The notes under the pieces are model-generated. The model was not told where the DNA came from. It saw nothing but the letters and a program-made list of their open reading frames with translations, and did no database searches. 58,319 nt of DNA from Bacteroidales bacterium. Its GTDB lineage: Bacteria > Bacteroidota > Bacteroidia > Bacteroidales > Paludibacteraceae. The stretch spans positions 1 to 58,319 of the forward strand of contig CAAFZS010000052.1 of the NCBI GenBank assembly GCA_900767595.1, in the 5' to 3' direction. Shown in pieces: positions 49,713 to 58,319 of this stretch. Each line of letters starts with the position of its first letter. Positions within the stretch are counted from its first letter, which is position 1. The translations under genes were made by a program, and so were the position numbers.

Positions 49713-50651
49713 ATGCTTGGAATTATCATTAATCCCAAATCCGGGAAAAGGGCGTTTCGCGCTCAACGCTTATACCTTTGGAAACTGCTTAAGGCCCGTC
49801 ATCAGCCCTTCACGTATCGCGTAACTAAATATGCTAATCACGCGCTTGAACTTGCGCGCGAGTTAGTAGAAAAAGGATACGACCAGATTCTCGTCCTCGG
49901 TGGTGATGGCACCCTGAGCGAGGTGATTAACGGAATCATGCGGGCAGATATCTCTGCTGAACAACGATCAAAAATACAATTTGGTCTTATGCCTCGTGGT
50001 ACAGGTAACGATTGGGCCCGGTACTGGAAACTGAACAAAGACTTCAAACGTTCTCTTCATTATTTTTTTGAAGAAGGCAAATGTCAACCGCTGGATGTGG
50101 GTTGTGTTACCTATTGGCGCAATGGTATTGAGCACCACCGCTATTTCATTAACTCCGTCGGCTTTGGTGTGGATGCCGTCACTTGTGTGGAAGCCTTGCC
50201 GCTAAAGTATTATATTGGTTCGCACCACATTAATTACCTCATCGGTTTTTTGATGGCGGTCTTCCGTCATAAACCGATGCCTGTCAACCTCACTGCGGAT
50301 GGGCAAGTGATAACGAAGGATAAGATGTTTACTATGAACATCGGTAATGGTCCTTTCTCCGGTGGGGGAATGAAGCAGAATCCCGATGCCGACCCTCGCG
50401 ATGGAATCTTCCATTCGATGTTTGTGGGCAAACCTACGTTTAAACAAATCTGTCAAGCTATACCCAAACTATTCTCGGGAAAAATAAACGAAGTGGATGT
50501 CATTCACTCCTTCACAGCCAAGGATATTGTGGTTGATACCAAGAAACACCTTGTTATAGAGGCCGATGGTATCTTAATGGACTTTATGGGACCGTGCGAG
50601 ATTCATTGTCTCCACAAAGCGCTCTGCATGACCGTCCCTAATTACTGCTAA
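49713..50651 (+). CDS. YegS/BmrU-family lipid (diacylglycerol-type) kinase
   Basis: Contains the motif GGDGTLSEVINGI. Confidence 0.8.
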   Translation: MLGIIINPKSGKRAFRAQRLYLWKLLKARHQPFTYRVTKYANHALELARELVEKGYDQILVLGGDGTLSEVINGIMRADISAEQRSKIQFGLMPRGTGNDWARYWKLNKDFKRSLHYFFEEGKCQPLDVGCVTYWRNGIEHHRYFINSVGFGVDAVTCVEALPLKYYIGSHHINYLIGFLMAVFRHKPMPVNLTADGQVITKDKMFTMNIGNGPFSGGGMKQNPDADPRDGIFHSMFVGKPTFKQICQAIPKLFSGKINEVDVIHSFTAKDIVVDTKKHLVIEADGILMDFMGPCEIHCLHKALCMTVPNYC

Positions 50652-51386
50652 CTTGCCAATATCTAACATCTGATAATCCTCCGGCTCATAGGCTTGGAGG
50701 ATTTCTTTTTGACATATATCGAGGTAGAAATCAATGAGTGAAAACACATCTTCTTCCTTATCTAATAGACGCGCGCATACGCGAGGACTTAAAATCTGCA
50801 TCCCGCTAAAAGCCAATCTTTCAGCGTCAGCGGTCTTACAGCGCAGCGGTCTTTCAGCGCAGCGGTCTTTCAGCGTTAGCGGTCTTACCTCTCCTGTAGA
50901 GATGTTCTCCCATCCAATCATTCGCCTCTGCTTGTCAAACAGCAGATATCGGCTTGTCTCCCGTTTACTCACCACAAGTCGGCTGATTCCATCTTTCTCG
51001 TATGCCTCTATCAATGCCTTCAAGTCGATATTACTTAATATATCCACATTGAGTGCCAATATACTCTCAACTTTAGAACTACTCTCAACTCTACACTCTA
51101 AACTCTCAACTCTTTTTAGTCCTCCTCCGGTATCAAGCAATTGCTCTCTTTCATCGCTTACCATTAGGTGGCAATCAAAATAATCGTGTTCTTGTAAGTA
51201 GTTGAGAATCAGGTCAGGAAAGTGGTGTGTATTGATGTAGATATCCCGTATTCCGGCATCGCGCACCATCTCTATTTGCCATTGTAGCAACGTCTTGCCT
51301 CCTACTTCCACGAGGGCTTTGGGCTTGTCGTTAGTAATGGGTTGTAGGCGGGTACCGAGTCCCGCGGCAAAAATCATCGCTTTCAT
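50574..51386 (-). CDS. sugar-1-phosphate nucleotidyltransferase (MurU-like)
   Basis: Begins MKAMIFAAGLGTRLQPITNDKPKALV. Hosts repeats 50817 and 51063. The 3' end overlaps the convergent lipid-kinase gene by 78 nt. Confidence 0.75.
   Translation of the reverse strand: MKAMIFAAGLGTRLQPITNDKPKALVEVGGKTLLQWQIEMVRDAGIRDIYINTHHFPDLILNYLQEHDYFDCHLMVSDEREQLLDTGGGLKRVESLECRVESSSKVESILALNVDILSNIDLKALIEAYEKDGISRLVVSKRETSRYLLFDKQRRMIGWENISTGEVRPLTLKDRCAERPLRCKTADAERLAFSGMQILSPRVCARLLDKEEDVFSLIDFYLDICQKEILQAYEPEDYQMLDIGKLAVIRDGHAERFVETMNLARSHKVH
50817..50888 (+). repeat. mini-repeat family C, in frame (antisense orientation) in the nucleotidyltransferase
   Basis: The unit cagcggtctt(t/a)cagcg is spaced exactly 16 nt apart (50828, 50844, 50860). 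The sense strand encodes LTLKDRCAERPLRCKTADAER. Confidence 0.95.
51063..51113 (+). repeat. mini-repeat family B, in frame in the nucleotidyltransferase
   Basis: actctcaactttagaactactctcaactctacactctaaactctcaactct. The sense strand encodes [17 protein letters not shown]. Confidence 0.9.
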
Positions 51387-52801
51387 AGTACTTTATCAAT
51401 CCCGCGTTCGCGGTGAATAAGGTGAATAGTAACGTTCGGGAAGAGTTGACGGATATGTTCCGCTGTCCGCTCGGCACAATACACGCTGCGATGTTGTCCT
51501 CCGGTGCATCCAAAGGCAATTTGCAGATGGGTGAACTCGCGTTCGATGAAACGTTTTACATGGTGGTCAGTCAATGCCCAGACGGACTGTAAGAAAGTGG
51601 TTATTTCTCCATCTTTCTCTAAAAACTCAATAACCGGTGTATCCAATCCTGTCATCTCACTAAACTCCTTGTATTTACCCGGATTATGGGTGCTTCTACA
51701 GTCAAATACATATCCTCCTCCATTGCCTGTTTCGTCTTCGGGAACACCTCTTTTATACGAAAAAGAATATATTGTTATTGTTAGTCCTTCAGCGCAGCGG
51801 TTTTTCAGCGTCAGCGGTCTTTCAGCGCAGCGGTCTTTCAGCGTTAGCGGTCCTTCAGCGCAGCGGTCTGCCATCTGCTGCAAATATGGGAACTCATTCC
51901 CTAACTCATCGTCCAATACCTTTTTAAGGTTTTTCAGTGCTGCCGGAATAGAAGCCAAAAAATGCTCTTTGCGCTCGAAATATCCCCGATAGCCATAGGC
52001 TCCAAGTACTTGTAGCAAGCGGAAAAGCACGAAATAATTCAGCGTGTCCCAATCGAAACGAATATCGCTAATCTTACCTAATTCTTCTTGATAGCATTGC
52101 AACAGTTCTTCCCGCAAATCGTCCGGTAGTCCTGCTTTAGCTTGCCAAAGGAAAGAAGCTAAATCGTAGTAAATAGGTCCTCTTCGTCCTCCTTGGAAGT
52201 CGATAAAATAGGGTTCGCCGTTAACAATCATCACGTTGCGTGACTGAAAGTCACGGTAGAGAAATGTTTGCGTGTGCACAGAAGCGGAGGCACGACTGCC
52301 TATCAGCCGGTCGGCTAACCGCTCAAACTCGGCTTCTAACTTAGGTTCTGAAAACTCAATCTTTGTTCCCTTGAGAAAACAATATTTAAAGTAATTGAGG
52401 TCCCAGAAGATACTGCGTATATCCATTGTTGGCACGGGGAAACAGACACTCCAGTCGAGGTCTTGAGCTCCCTCTATTTGAATGTGTGCCAAGGCACGAA
52501 TAGTCTTCTTTAAGAGTTCTTTTTCAGTTGTATCAAAAGTACCGGTCTCTCGACCGTTCTTGATGGCATCAAAGAGCGATACATCCCCGAGATCGGTTAC
52601 CTCGTAACTCATCTCGTCTTCGGCCACGGATAGGATGCGAGGCACTGGCAAACCTTTGCTCGCAAAATGCCGTGCCAATGTGATAAACGCGTGGTTTTCG
52701 TCTTTATTTGTTCCTTCTACATGAATAATGGATTGTCCATTCTCACTTAAAACGCGGCTATATTGTCGGTTGCTACCGGCGGATGGAAGATTTTGTGTCA
52801 T
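51383..52801 (-). CDS. aminoglycoside-phosphotransferase-fold sugar kinase (AmgK-like) fused to a RapZ C-terminal-like domain
   Basis: N-terminal APH fold (YRDFQSRNVMI...FIDFQG). C-terminal block FDCRSTHNPG...IAFGCTGGQHRSV resembles the RapZ C-domain. Repeat 51785-51872 forms the linker. Confidence 0.65.
   Translation of the reverse strand: MTQNLPSAGSNRQYSRVLSENGQSIIHVEGTNKDENHAFITLARHFASKGLPVPRILSVAEDEMSYEVTDLGDVSLFDAIKNGRETGTFDTTEKELLKKTIRALAHIQIEGAQDLDWSVCFPVPTMDIRSIFWDLNYFKYCFLKGTKIEFSEPKLEAEFERLADRLIGSRASASVHTQTFLYRDFQSRNVMIVNGEPYFIDFQGGRRGPIYYDLASFLWQAKAGLPDDLREELLQCYQEELGKISDIRFDWDTLNYFVLFRLLQVLGAYGYRGYFERKEHFLASIPAALKNLKKVLDDELGNEFPYLQQMADRCAEGPLTLKDRCAERPLTLKNRCAEGLTITIYSFSYKRGVPEDETGNGGGYVFDCRSTHNPGKYKEFSEMTGLDTPVIEFLEKDGEITTFLQSVWALTDHHVKRFIEREFTHLQIAFGCTGGQHRSVYCAERTAEHIRQLFPNVTIHLIHRERGIDKVL
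51785..51872 (+). repeat. mini-repeat family C forming the kinase/RapZ_C linker
   Basis: Alternating 16- and 17-nt units form a 33-nt in-frame super-unit. The sense strand encodes DRCAEGPLTLKDRCAERPLTLKNRCAEG. Confidence 0.95.
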
Positions 52802-52803
52802 AT

Positions 52804-53460
52804 TTATGAGTGGCTGATATAATCAAGTAGTTGAACCATGTCTTTTAGAACCACATCGGCTCCTGCATCATAGAGGTCTTGATCATTTAACGGACCTGTG
52901 TTGACGCCAATAGTGAAAATACCTGCCGCTTTGCCCGCTTGGATTCCCAATGGCGCGTTTTCTACAACGCAACAGTCTTCTTTATTACACCCACTGCCTT
53001 CCCATGCTTTCAGGTAGGGCTCGGGACGTGGTTTGCCGATAGGTACTTGTATGGCTGTTACCATTCTGTCTTTGCGAAAAATGCCGGGAAAAGCGACCTC
53101 TAATTGTTCATGTAAATCCGGCTGTCCGCCTCCGGTTACGACCCATATTTGAGCACTATGGTTGTGTAAATAGGTAAGCACTTCGTTCATTGCTTTCATC
53201 GGTTTGCCTCCTCCGTGTTGACGATAAGCTTCGGTTTTTTCTTGGTAGATAACCTCTATTTCTTCGTCTGTAAAAAACAACCCTTGCTGCTTGGCAAGTA
53301 ATCGAATAACATCCCGACTGGTTCTTCCTTCATTGATATAGCAATCGCGCGGTTCAAAGGCTATACCATATTTAACTAACGTCTCTGCCCATGCTTGGGC
53401 GTGATTGGGCATAGAGTCAAATAACACTCCGTCCATATCAAAGAAATACGCTTTTTTCAT
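52804..53460 (-). CDS. HAD-superfamily phosphatase (beta-phosphoglucomutase-like)
   Basis: Has YFFDMDGVLFDS (DxDG motif I) and a 218-aa HAD layout. Confidence 0.8.
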   Translation of the reverse strand: MKKAYFFDMDGVLFDSMPNHAQAWAETLVKYGIAFEPRDCYINEGRTSRDVIRLLAKQQGLFFTDEEIEVIYQEKTEAYRQHGGGKPMKAMNEVLTYLHNHSAQIWVVTGGGQPDLHEQLEVAFPGIFRKDRMVTAIQVPIGKPRPEPYLKAWEGSGCNKEDCCVVENAPLGIQAGKAAGIFTIGVNTGPLNDQDLYDAGADVVLKDMVQLLDYISHS

Positions 53461-53503
53461 AATTTATTCTGCTTAATTTTGTTCATTTTCTACAAATCGA
53501 GTG

Positions 53504-53535
53504 CAAAATTACAAAAAAATTTGCATATATCCAAA
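53504..53535 (-). promoter_or_regulatory. divergent promoter (-7 TAATTTTG) for the HAD-kinase-nucleotidyltransferase operon
   Basis: Reverse complement of caaaatta at 53504-53511 and of caaa at 53532-53535. Interleaved with the mltG promoter. Confidence 0.5.
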
Positions 53536-53551
53536 AAAAATCGTATCTTTG
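53520..53551 (+). promoter_or_regulatory. promoter (-33 TTTG / -7 TATCTTTG) for mltG
   Basis: TTTG at 53520-53523 and TATCTTTG at 53544-53551, with a 20-nt spacer. Confidence 0.6.
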
Positions 53552-53565
53552 CACGCTTTTTATAT

Positions 53566-54588
53566 ATGCGTATGCGTAAAATAATTATAGTGGCTCTTGT
53601 AGCCCTCGCACTTTTTGGTTTAGGTAAGCTTCTCTTCTTCCCCGGTTATATGACGGTCAAGGAGGATGCTCAGAAGCAGGAATATTTTATTCCGTCCTAT
53701 GCTTCAGTTGATTCTGTTCTCTCCCTCTTGCAAGAAGATTATTCTTTCTCTCCCCTTTATTTTTGGAATAAGCAAGTTAAGAAACAGCAATTAGAGCAAG
53801 TCCATCCGGGGCATTACGCCTTTGGTGATAAGGTGAAGTTTGAAGAAGTTGTTCGTAGTCTTAAACGCGGAGAACAAGCACCTGTTAAACTGACATTTAC
53901 TCATACAGTGCGCACTCCCGAACAGTTGGCACAACGCTTGAGCAAACAACTCATGTTAGATTCTGCTTCAATTGCCGGTAGAATGTACGATGCTGAATAT
54001 ATGTCTCGTTACGGGCTTACTCCTCAGACCGCTATCTCGTTATTCTTACCGGATACATACGAGGTTTATTGGTCGATGTCTGCCGACCAACTCTTTGACA
54101 GGATGGCGAAGGAGTATAAGCGTTTCTGGACAGATGAGCGTAAAAGTAAAGCAGCACAAGTGAAACTGACTCAGAGCGAGGTGGCAACGTTAGCCTCCAT
54201 CGTAGAGAGCGAAACGAATAACCAAAAAGAATACCCGACAATAGCGTCCATTTACTTGAATCGTCTTCGCCTTCGTATTCCCTTGCAGGCTTGCCCGACG
54301 GTGATTTTTGCAGAGCGTGATTTTGGTAAACGTCGTGTGCTTAAACGTGACTTGGAATTTGATTCGCCGTATAACACGTATAAACATAGAGGGCTGCCTC
54401 CCGGACCGATTCGTTGTACTCGTAAGAGCACGATGGATGCAGTGCTGAATGCTCCGAAGACGGATTATTTGTATATGTGTGCCAATCCGGATTTCAGCGG
54501 AACGCACGTGTTCACCAAGTCTCTTCAGGAGCACAATCGTGTTTCGGCAGCTTATCAAAAAGAACTTAATAAACGGCATATAAAATAG
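53566..54588 (+). CDS. mltG: endolytic murein transglycosylase MltG (YceG-like)
   Basis: ORF trimmed to ATG 53566. N-terminal TM helix. YceG-like core (ASIVESE...YLNRL...DSPYNTYKHRGLPPGPI). Confidence 0.8.
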   Translation: MRMRKIIIVALVALALFGLGKLLFFPGYMTVKEDAQKQEYFIPSYASVDSVLSLLQEDYSFSPLYFWNKQVKKQQLEQVHPGHYAFGDKVKFEEVVRSLKRGEQAPVKLTFTHTVRTPEQLAQRLSKQLMLDSASIAGRMYDAEYMSRYGLTPQTAISLFLPDTYEVYWSMSADQLFDRMAKEYKRFWTDERKSKAAQVKLTQSEVATLASIVESETNNQKEYPTIASIYLNRLRLRIPLQACPTVIFAERDFGKRRVLKRDLEFDSPYNTYKHRGLPPGPIRCTRKSTMDAVLNAPKTDYLYMCANPDFSGTHVFTKSLQEHNRVSAAYQKELNKRHIK

Positions 54589-54600
54589 CAGTTGAGATAG

Positions 54601-55917
54601 ATGCTCAAGGGTGCGATAAATATATCTGATAAACGCATAGCCAAGAACACGATTTGGCTATATGTAAGGATGGTGGCGATTATGGTCATCAACCTTATTG
54701 CCGTGCGTTTCCTTCGCTCGAGTGTTGGTTTAGGAGTCGAAGGCTATGGGGTGTTTAATGCTATTCAGGGGGTCGTAAATCTGATCGTTTGCTTGAATAC
54801 GGTTCTGGCCGCTGCCTCACAACGATTCTTCTCTGTTAAGATGGGTGAGAATGATGACACGGGCCTGCAGAATGTATTTGGGATCTCTGTTCGTATTAGT
54901 TGGATGATGGCGGCAGGAGCTTTTGTACTCTTTGAAACGGTGGGACTATGGTTTGTAATAGTCAAAATGAATTATCCAGCGGAGTTGTTCTCGGAGGTGA
55001 TGACTATCTACCAGGCATCGGTTGTGGCGTTTATCGCCTTGCTTGTTCAGGTGCCTTACTTGGCAGCCGTCATGGCGCACGAAAAGATGGGTGTCTTTGC
55101 TATCGTTACTTTATTGGGAGCGGTACTTAACTTCGTTTTAGCTTTTGTGCTGCGATATATGCCGGCCTATCATTTGATGGCGTACGGAATAGGGTGGACA
55201 GCAACAAACATCTTAACCACAGCCTTATTTATTGTTTATGCCAAACGGCATTTTAAGGAAACAAAGCCTGCTAAAGTGATGGATAAATCGGAATATAAAG
55301 CATTATTATCTTTTACCGGGTGGACGATGTTTGGCAGTTTAGCCGGTGCGGCGATGATTCAAGGAAATACATTGCTTATCAATACTTATATAGGACCGAT
55401 AGCCAATGCGGCTTTTGCGGTGGCGGTACAGATATACTTTGCAGTTAGTCAGTTGGGAAATAATGTTTTTGTAGCGGTTCGGCCACAAATGATGATGTCG
55501 TATGCACAATCCAATTATCGTCAGACCAAGCGCTTGTTTTGGTTCTCTACAGGGGTCGTGATGGTGTTGTTGGCTATAGTGACGATACCATTAACCATTT
55601 GGATGCCGGAGATTCTGACATTGTGGCTAGGGGAGGTGGACGCATTGACGATTGCGTTTTCTCGTTGGATGCTTCTATTGGCTGTCATTTTACTTATGGC
55701 TACTCCTATAACGACGATCTTAGAGGCGGCGGGACGTGTGAAAGAATATCATTTGCCCGTGGAAATGGCAATTCTTCTGTCAGTTCCTGTCAGTTGGGTA
55801 TTGTTGGCGAATGGTGCATCTGTAATCTGCGTTGCTTATACCTTAATAGGCGGAGTAACGTTGGCTCATATAATACGTTTAATTGTTATGCAAAAATACG
55901 CGTATAAGTCGAATTAA
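54601..55917 (+). CDS. Wzx-type oligosaccharide flippase
   Basis: 438 aa with a polytopic MOP-superfamily-like profile. Lies in a polysaccharide-locus context. Confidence 0.6.
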   Translation: MLKGAINISDKRIAKNTIWLYVRMVAIMVINLIAVRFLRSSVGLGVEGYGVFNAIQGVVNLIVCLNTVLAAASQRFFSVKMGENDDTGLQNVFGISVRISWMMAAGAFVLFETVGLWFVIVKMNYPAELFSEVMTIYQASVVAFIALLVQVPYLAAVMAHEKMGVFAIVTLLGAVLNFVLAFVLRYMPAYHLMAYGIGWTATNILTTALFIVYAKRHFKETKPAKVMDKSEYKALLSFTGWTMFGSLAGAAMIQGNTLLINTYIGPIANAAFAVAVQIYFAVSQLGNNVFVAVRPQMMMSYAQSNYRQTKRLFWFSTGVVMVLLAIVTIPLTIWMPEILTLWLGEVDALTIAFSRWMLLLAVILLMATPITTILEAAGRVKEYHLPVEMAILLSVPVSWVLLANGASVICVAYTLIGGVTLAHIIRLIVMQKYAYKSN

Positions 55918-55919
55918 TC

Positions 55920-57203
55920 ATGGAGAAACTCTATTTGATAACATATTTCTTATTGTGGATAGCTACGCTTATTATCTACTGGCATCGAAAACGCGTTTTA
56001 GATGCGGGATGGATTATTTTGTGTGCTTATGTGGGCTGTACCGGGATGTCGCTTTGGCTATTTAGTATGCCGCCCATCTATTATGAATATGAGCCGTTAC
56101 GTTTATTCCCGTTCCTCTACTTATTTGGAATGATTCTCTTGGCTCTATGGCCGGTGTTGCGATTCGATACGAATAAGATTACCTCTATTGAACAACCGAA
56201 TATGCAGATTCTCAATGCTACAGCGTATTTAATAATATTTTTTTCTTTATTGTATATTCCGTACTTATTTGGTTTATTGTTTAGCGGAAATATATCCCAA
56301 TTATTCTCCAACTCGGAAGCGGGAAGTGAGATGTATCTTGAATCTATGATGGAGGCCGAAAATGGCGGCTCAGGAATCAATAATCTGCCTTCTATCGTCG
56401 TTAATGCTTTCTCTGATATCTCAATATTATTATTATTCTATTACTTATCTCTTGAGAAGAAAAACAAGGTGATTATTTGTGGCCTTCTAATATCGATATT
56501 TTTATATGTCCTGACTCCTATCTTTAGTGGTCAGCGCGGAAATGTTATTATCGCTTTGCTCACTATTATAGTGGCATATTTCTTGATGCGTACTTATTAT
56601 TCTGCTCGCATACGAAGACGATTAGATGCGATAGGCTTAGGTCTTCTCATTTGTGTTTCTCTTCCTCTTATAGCGATTACCATCAGTCGATTTAGTTGGC
56701 GTGATGGTGGTGCTATTGGTTCTGTGGTTTACTATACGGGTCAAGCACCTTTGAACTTTAATAATTACGGACTTGATGCGGGAGGTGTTCGGTATGGTGA
56801 TCGAACATTTAATTTAGCGAAACGACTTGTTGATCCCACCACCCCCAAGAATTATGTGGAACGTAGAGATAAGTATTTTAACCTCAAGATGGATGACTAT
56901 ATTTTCTATACTTTTGTAGGAGATTTTACCTTGGATTTCGGACCTTATATCGCGCCCTTGATTTTTATCCTCTTTACAATGCTTGTCCTAAAATACACGA
57001 AGCCTAAAGAGAACCAAATAGCCTTTCATCAATTACTTTTGATTTATTTGGTTGCTTGTATCTGTATGCAAGGGAGTTTCTATTTATTCGCTTATGCGGA
57101 TACAGCAGGTTTAAGAGTGGTGGCGTTGTTTGTTTTGTATTTCTTGTTAAAAAATTCATCTAATCAATCCGTTAAAGAACCTCAATCGTTATGTCAAGAC
57201 TAA
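55920..57203 (+). CDS. polytopic membrane protein, probable O-antigen/EPS polymerase (Wzy/EpsG-like)
   Basis: 427 aa with about 10 TM segments and one large loop. Sits between the flippase and a glycosyltransferase. Confidence 0.4.
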   Translation: MEKLYLITYFLLWIATLIIYWHRKRVLDAGWIILCAYVGCTGMSLWLFSMPPIYYEYEPLRLFPFLYLFGMILLALWPVLRFDTNKITSIEQPNMQILNATAYLIIFFSLLYIPYLFGLLFSGNISQLFSNSEAGSEMYLESMMEAENGGSGINNLPSIVVNAFSDISILLLFYYLSLEKKNKVIICGLLISIFLYVLTPIFSGQRGNVIIALLTIIVAYFLMRTYYSARIRRRLDAIGLGLLICVSLPLIAITISRFSWRDGGAIGSVVYYTGQAPLNFNNYGLDAGGVRYGDRTFNLAKRLVDPTTPKNYVERRDKYFNLKMDDYIFYTFVGDFTLDFGPYIAPLIFILFTMLVLKYTKPKENQIAFHQLLLIYLVACICMQGSFYLFAYADTAGLRVVALFVLYFLLKNSSNQSVKEPQSLCQD

Positions 57204-58319
57204 TTGCTTTATATCTTCCACAGTTCCACGCCATTCCTGAGAATGACAAGTGGTGGGGCAAAGGGTTCACCGAGTGGACTAATGTGCGTCGTGCTAAACC
57301 ATCTTTCAAAGGGCACGAACAACCTAAAGTACCGAGCGAATGGGGCTACTATAACCTTCTTGATGCCGACATAAAACAAAAACAAGCCGATTTGGCTCGT
57401 CAAGCCGGTATTGAGGGTTTTTGTTACTACCATTATTGGTTCGGCTTGGACAAAAAAGGTAAGGGTAAGCAATTGCTTGAGAAACCCTTACAACAGGTTA
57501 TTGAGAGTGGAAAGCCTGATTATCCCTTCTGCCTTTGCTGGGCCAATCATACATGGAGCAATAAGACGTGGGAAAAGTCTTCTGCTATGGTCAAGGAGCA
57601 AATACTTATGGCGCAAGAATATCAAGGAGTAAAGGATTATACCGAACACTTCTATTCGCTCTTACCTACCTTTAAGGATGCGCGTTATATGAAAGTGGAC
57701 GGCAAGTTGCTCTTTTTTATCTACGATTGCATTGGTTTTAAAGATGTGACTATGTTTATGCAAACATGGCACGACTTAGCCCAAAAAGAGGGTATAGCGG
57801 ATTTCTATTTTGTAGCTATGATGCCCTCTACTTTGACCTACGATCCTCAAACGGGAAAAACGTGTGTCCCAAATCTTAAATCGTCGCAGGCTTTGATTGA
57901 CTTTGCATTATCTCGCGGTTTTGATGCCGTCAATACCTTTGGCAAACGCCGTGGAGAATTGCTCTATGTAGGCAAATGGCGGAGTTTAATCAATAAAGTG
58001 TTGATGCATTTGCATCTAATGAATAGCGAGAATTATGACTACGAGAAGACGGTAACCGGTTTCTTTGCTCCCGAGGACAAACAAGAGAATGTTTTTCCGA
58101 CCGTTCTTCCGCAGTGGGACCGTACCGCAAGGGTAGGGAAGGCGGATGGAGTGTACTTGAATGCTACACCTAAGAAGTGGGGACAACACTTAAGACAAGC
58201 CTTGCAACTCGTTGCCCATAAACAACCTGAGCACCAAATCGTGGTCATCAAATCCTGGAATGAATGGGCAGAGGGTAATTATTTAGAACCCGATGAGAAA
58301 TATGGTCGCGCTTGGTTAG
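57191..58319 (+). CDS. WbsX-like glycosyltransferase (GH99-like domain), 3'-truncated by the window edge
   Basis: Open frame from ATG 57191 to the window end; it is absent from the ORF track because it has no stop. Reads MSRLIALYLPQFHAIPENDKWWGKGFTEWTNV... Confidence 0.7.
   Translation, partial: MSRLIALYLPQFHAIPENDKWWGKGFTEWTNVRRAKPSFKGHEQPKVPSEWGYYNLLDADIKQKQADLARQAGIEGFCYYHYWFGLDKKGKGKQLLEKPLQQVIESGKPDYPFCLCWANHTWSNKTWEKSSAMVKEQILMAQEYQGVKDYTEHFYSLLPTFKDARYMKVDGKLLFFIYDCIGFKDVTMFMQTWHDLAQKEGIADFYFVAMMPSTLTYDPQTGKTCVPNLKSSQALIDFALSRGFDAVNTFGKRRGELLYVGKWRSLINKVLMHLHLMNSENYDYEKTVTGFFAPEDKQENVFPTVLPQWDRTARVGKADGVYLNATPKKWGQHLRQALQLVAHKQPEHQIVVIKSWNEWAEGNYLEPDEKYGRAWL

Overview
The window looks like a Bacteroidota (Bacteroidales-type) chromosomal segment. 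Supporting signs are TTTG/TAnnTTTG promoters, SpII lipoproteins, a T9SS C-terminal sorting domain, the rpmB-rpmG-DUF4295 gene order and a Rho with a disordered N-terminal insert. Positions 1-990 hold the 3' end of a VapE/VirE-type mobile-element gene and an iteron-like inverted repeat. Positions 1041-20282 are a co-directional beta-mannan/glucomannan utilisation cluster with no SusC/SusD pair in the window: two GH26, two GH5, GH94, a GPH symporter, cellobiose 2-epimerase, a SASA-type esterase, a GH5-GH27 fusion, GH2, GH31 and a GH130 mannosylglucose phosphorylase. Positions 20262-53460 carry housekeeping genes (cstA, dapA, ligA, ruvC, ferredoxin, PFOR, ribF, aroQ, rho, L28/L33), two EEP nucleases, a C10 protease, a TonB-dependent receptor, a PreA-like enzyme, an HDC-like decarboxylase and an AmgK/MurU-like module. 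Positions 53566 to the window end hold mltG and a surface-polysaccharide locus (Wzx, Wzy-like, WbsX-like). No rRNA, tRNA, CRISPR array or transposase was recognised. The main finding is a swarm of short tandem mini-repeats, mostly with no G on one strand: 8 unit families of 6, 7, 8 or 16/17 nt at 35 clear loci plus 4 weaker ones, about one per 1.6 kb. Most sit in frame inside conserved genes, including ligA, dapA and ribF. Others lie in signal peptides, exactly fill short intergenic gaps, or sit at apparent domain-loss or fusion junctions. The same repeat-encoded peptides therefore recur in unrelated proteins: [37 protein letters not shown] know of no described element class that matches this, but whether each locus is an insertion or a replacement needs ortholog alignment, which I cannot run here.
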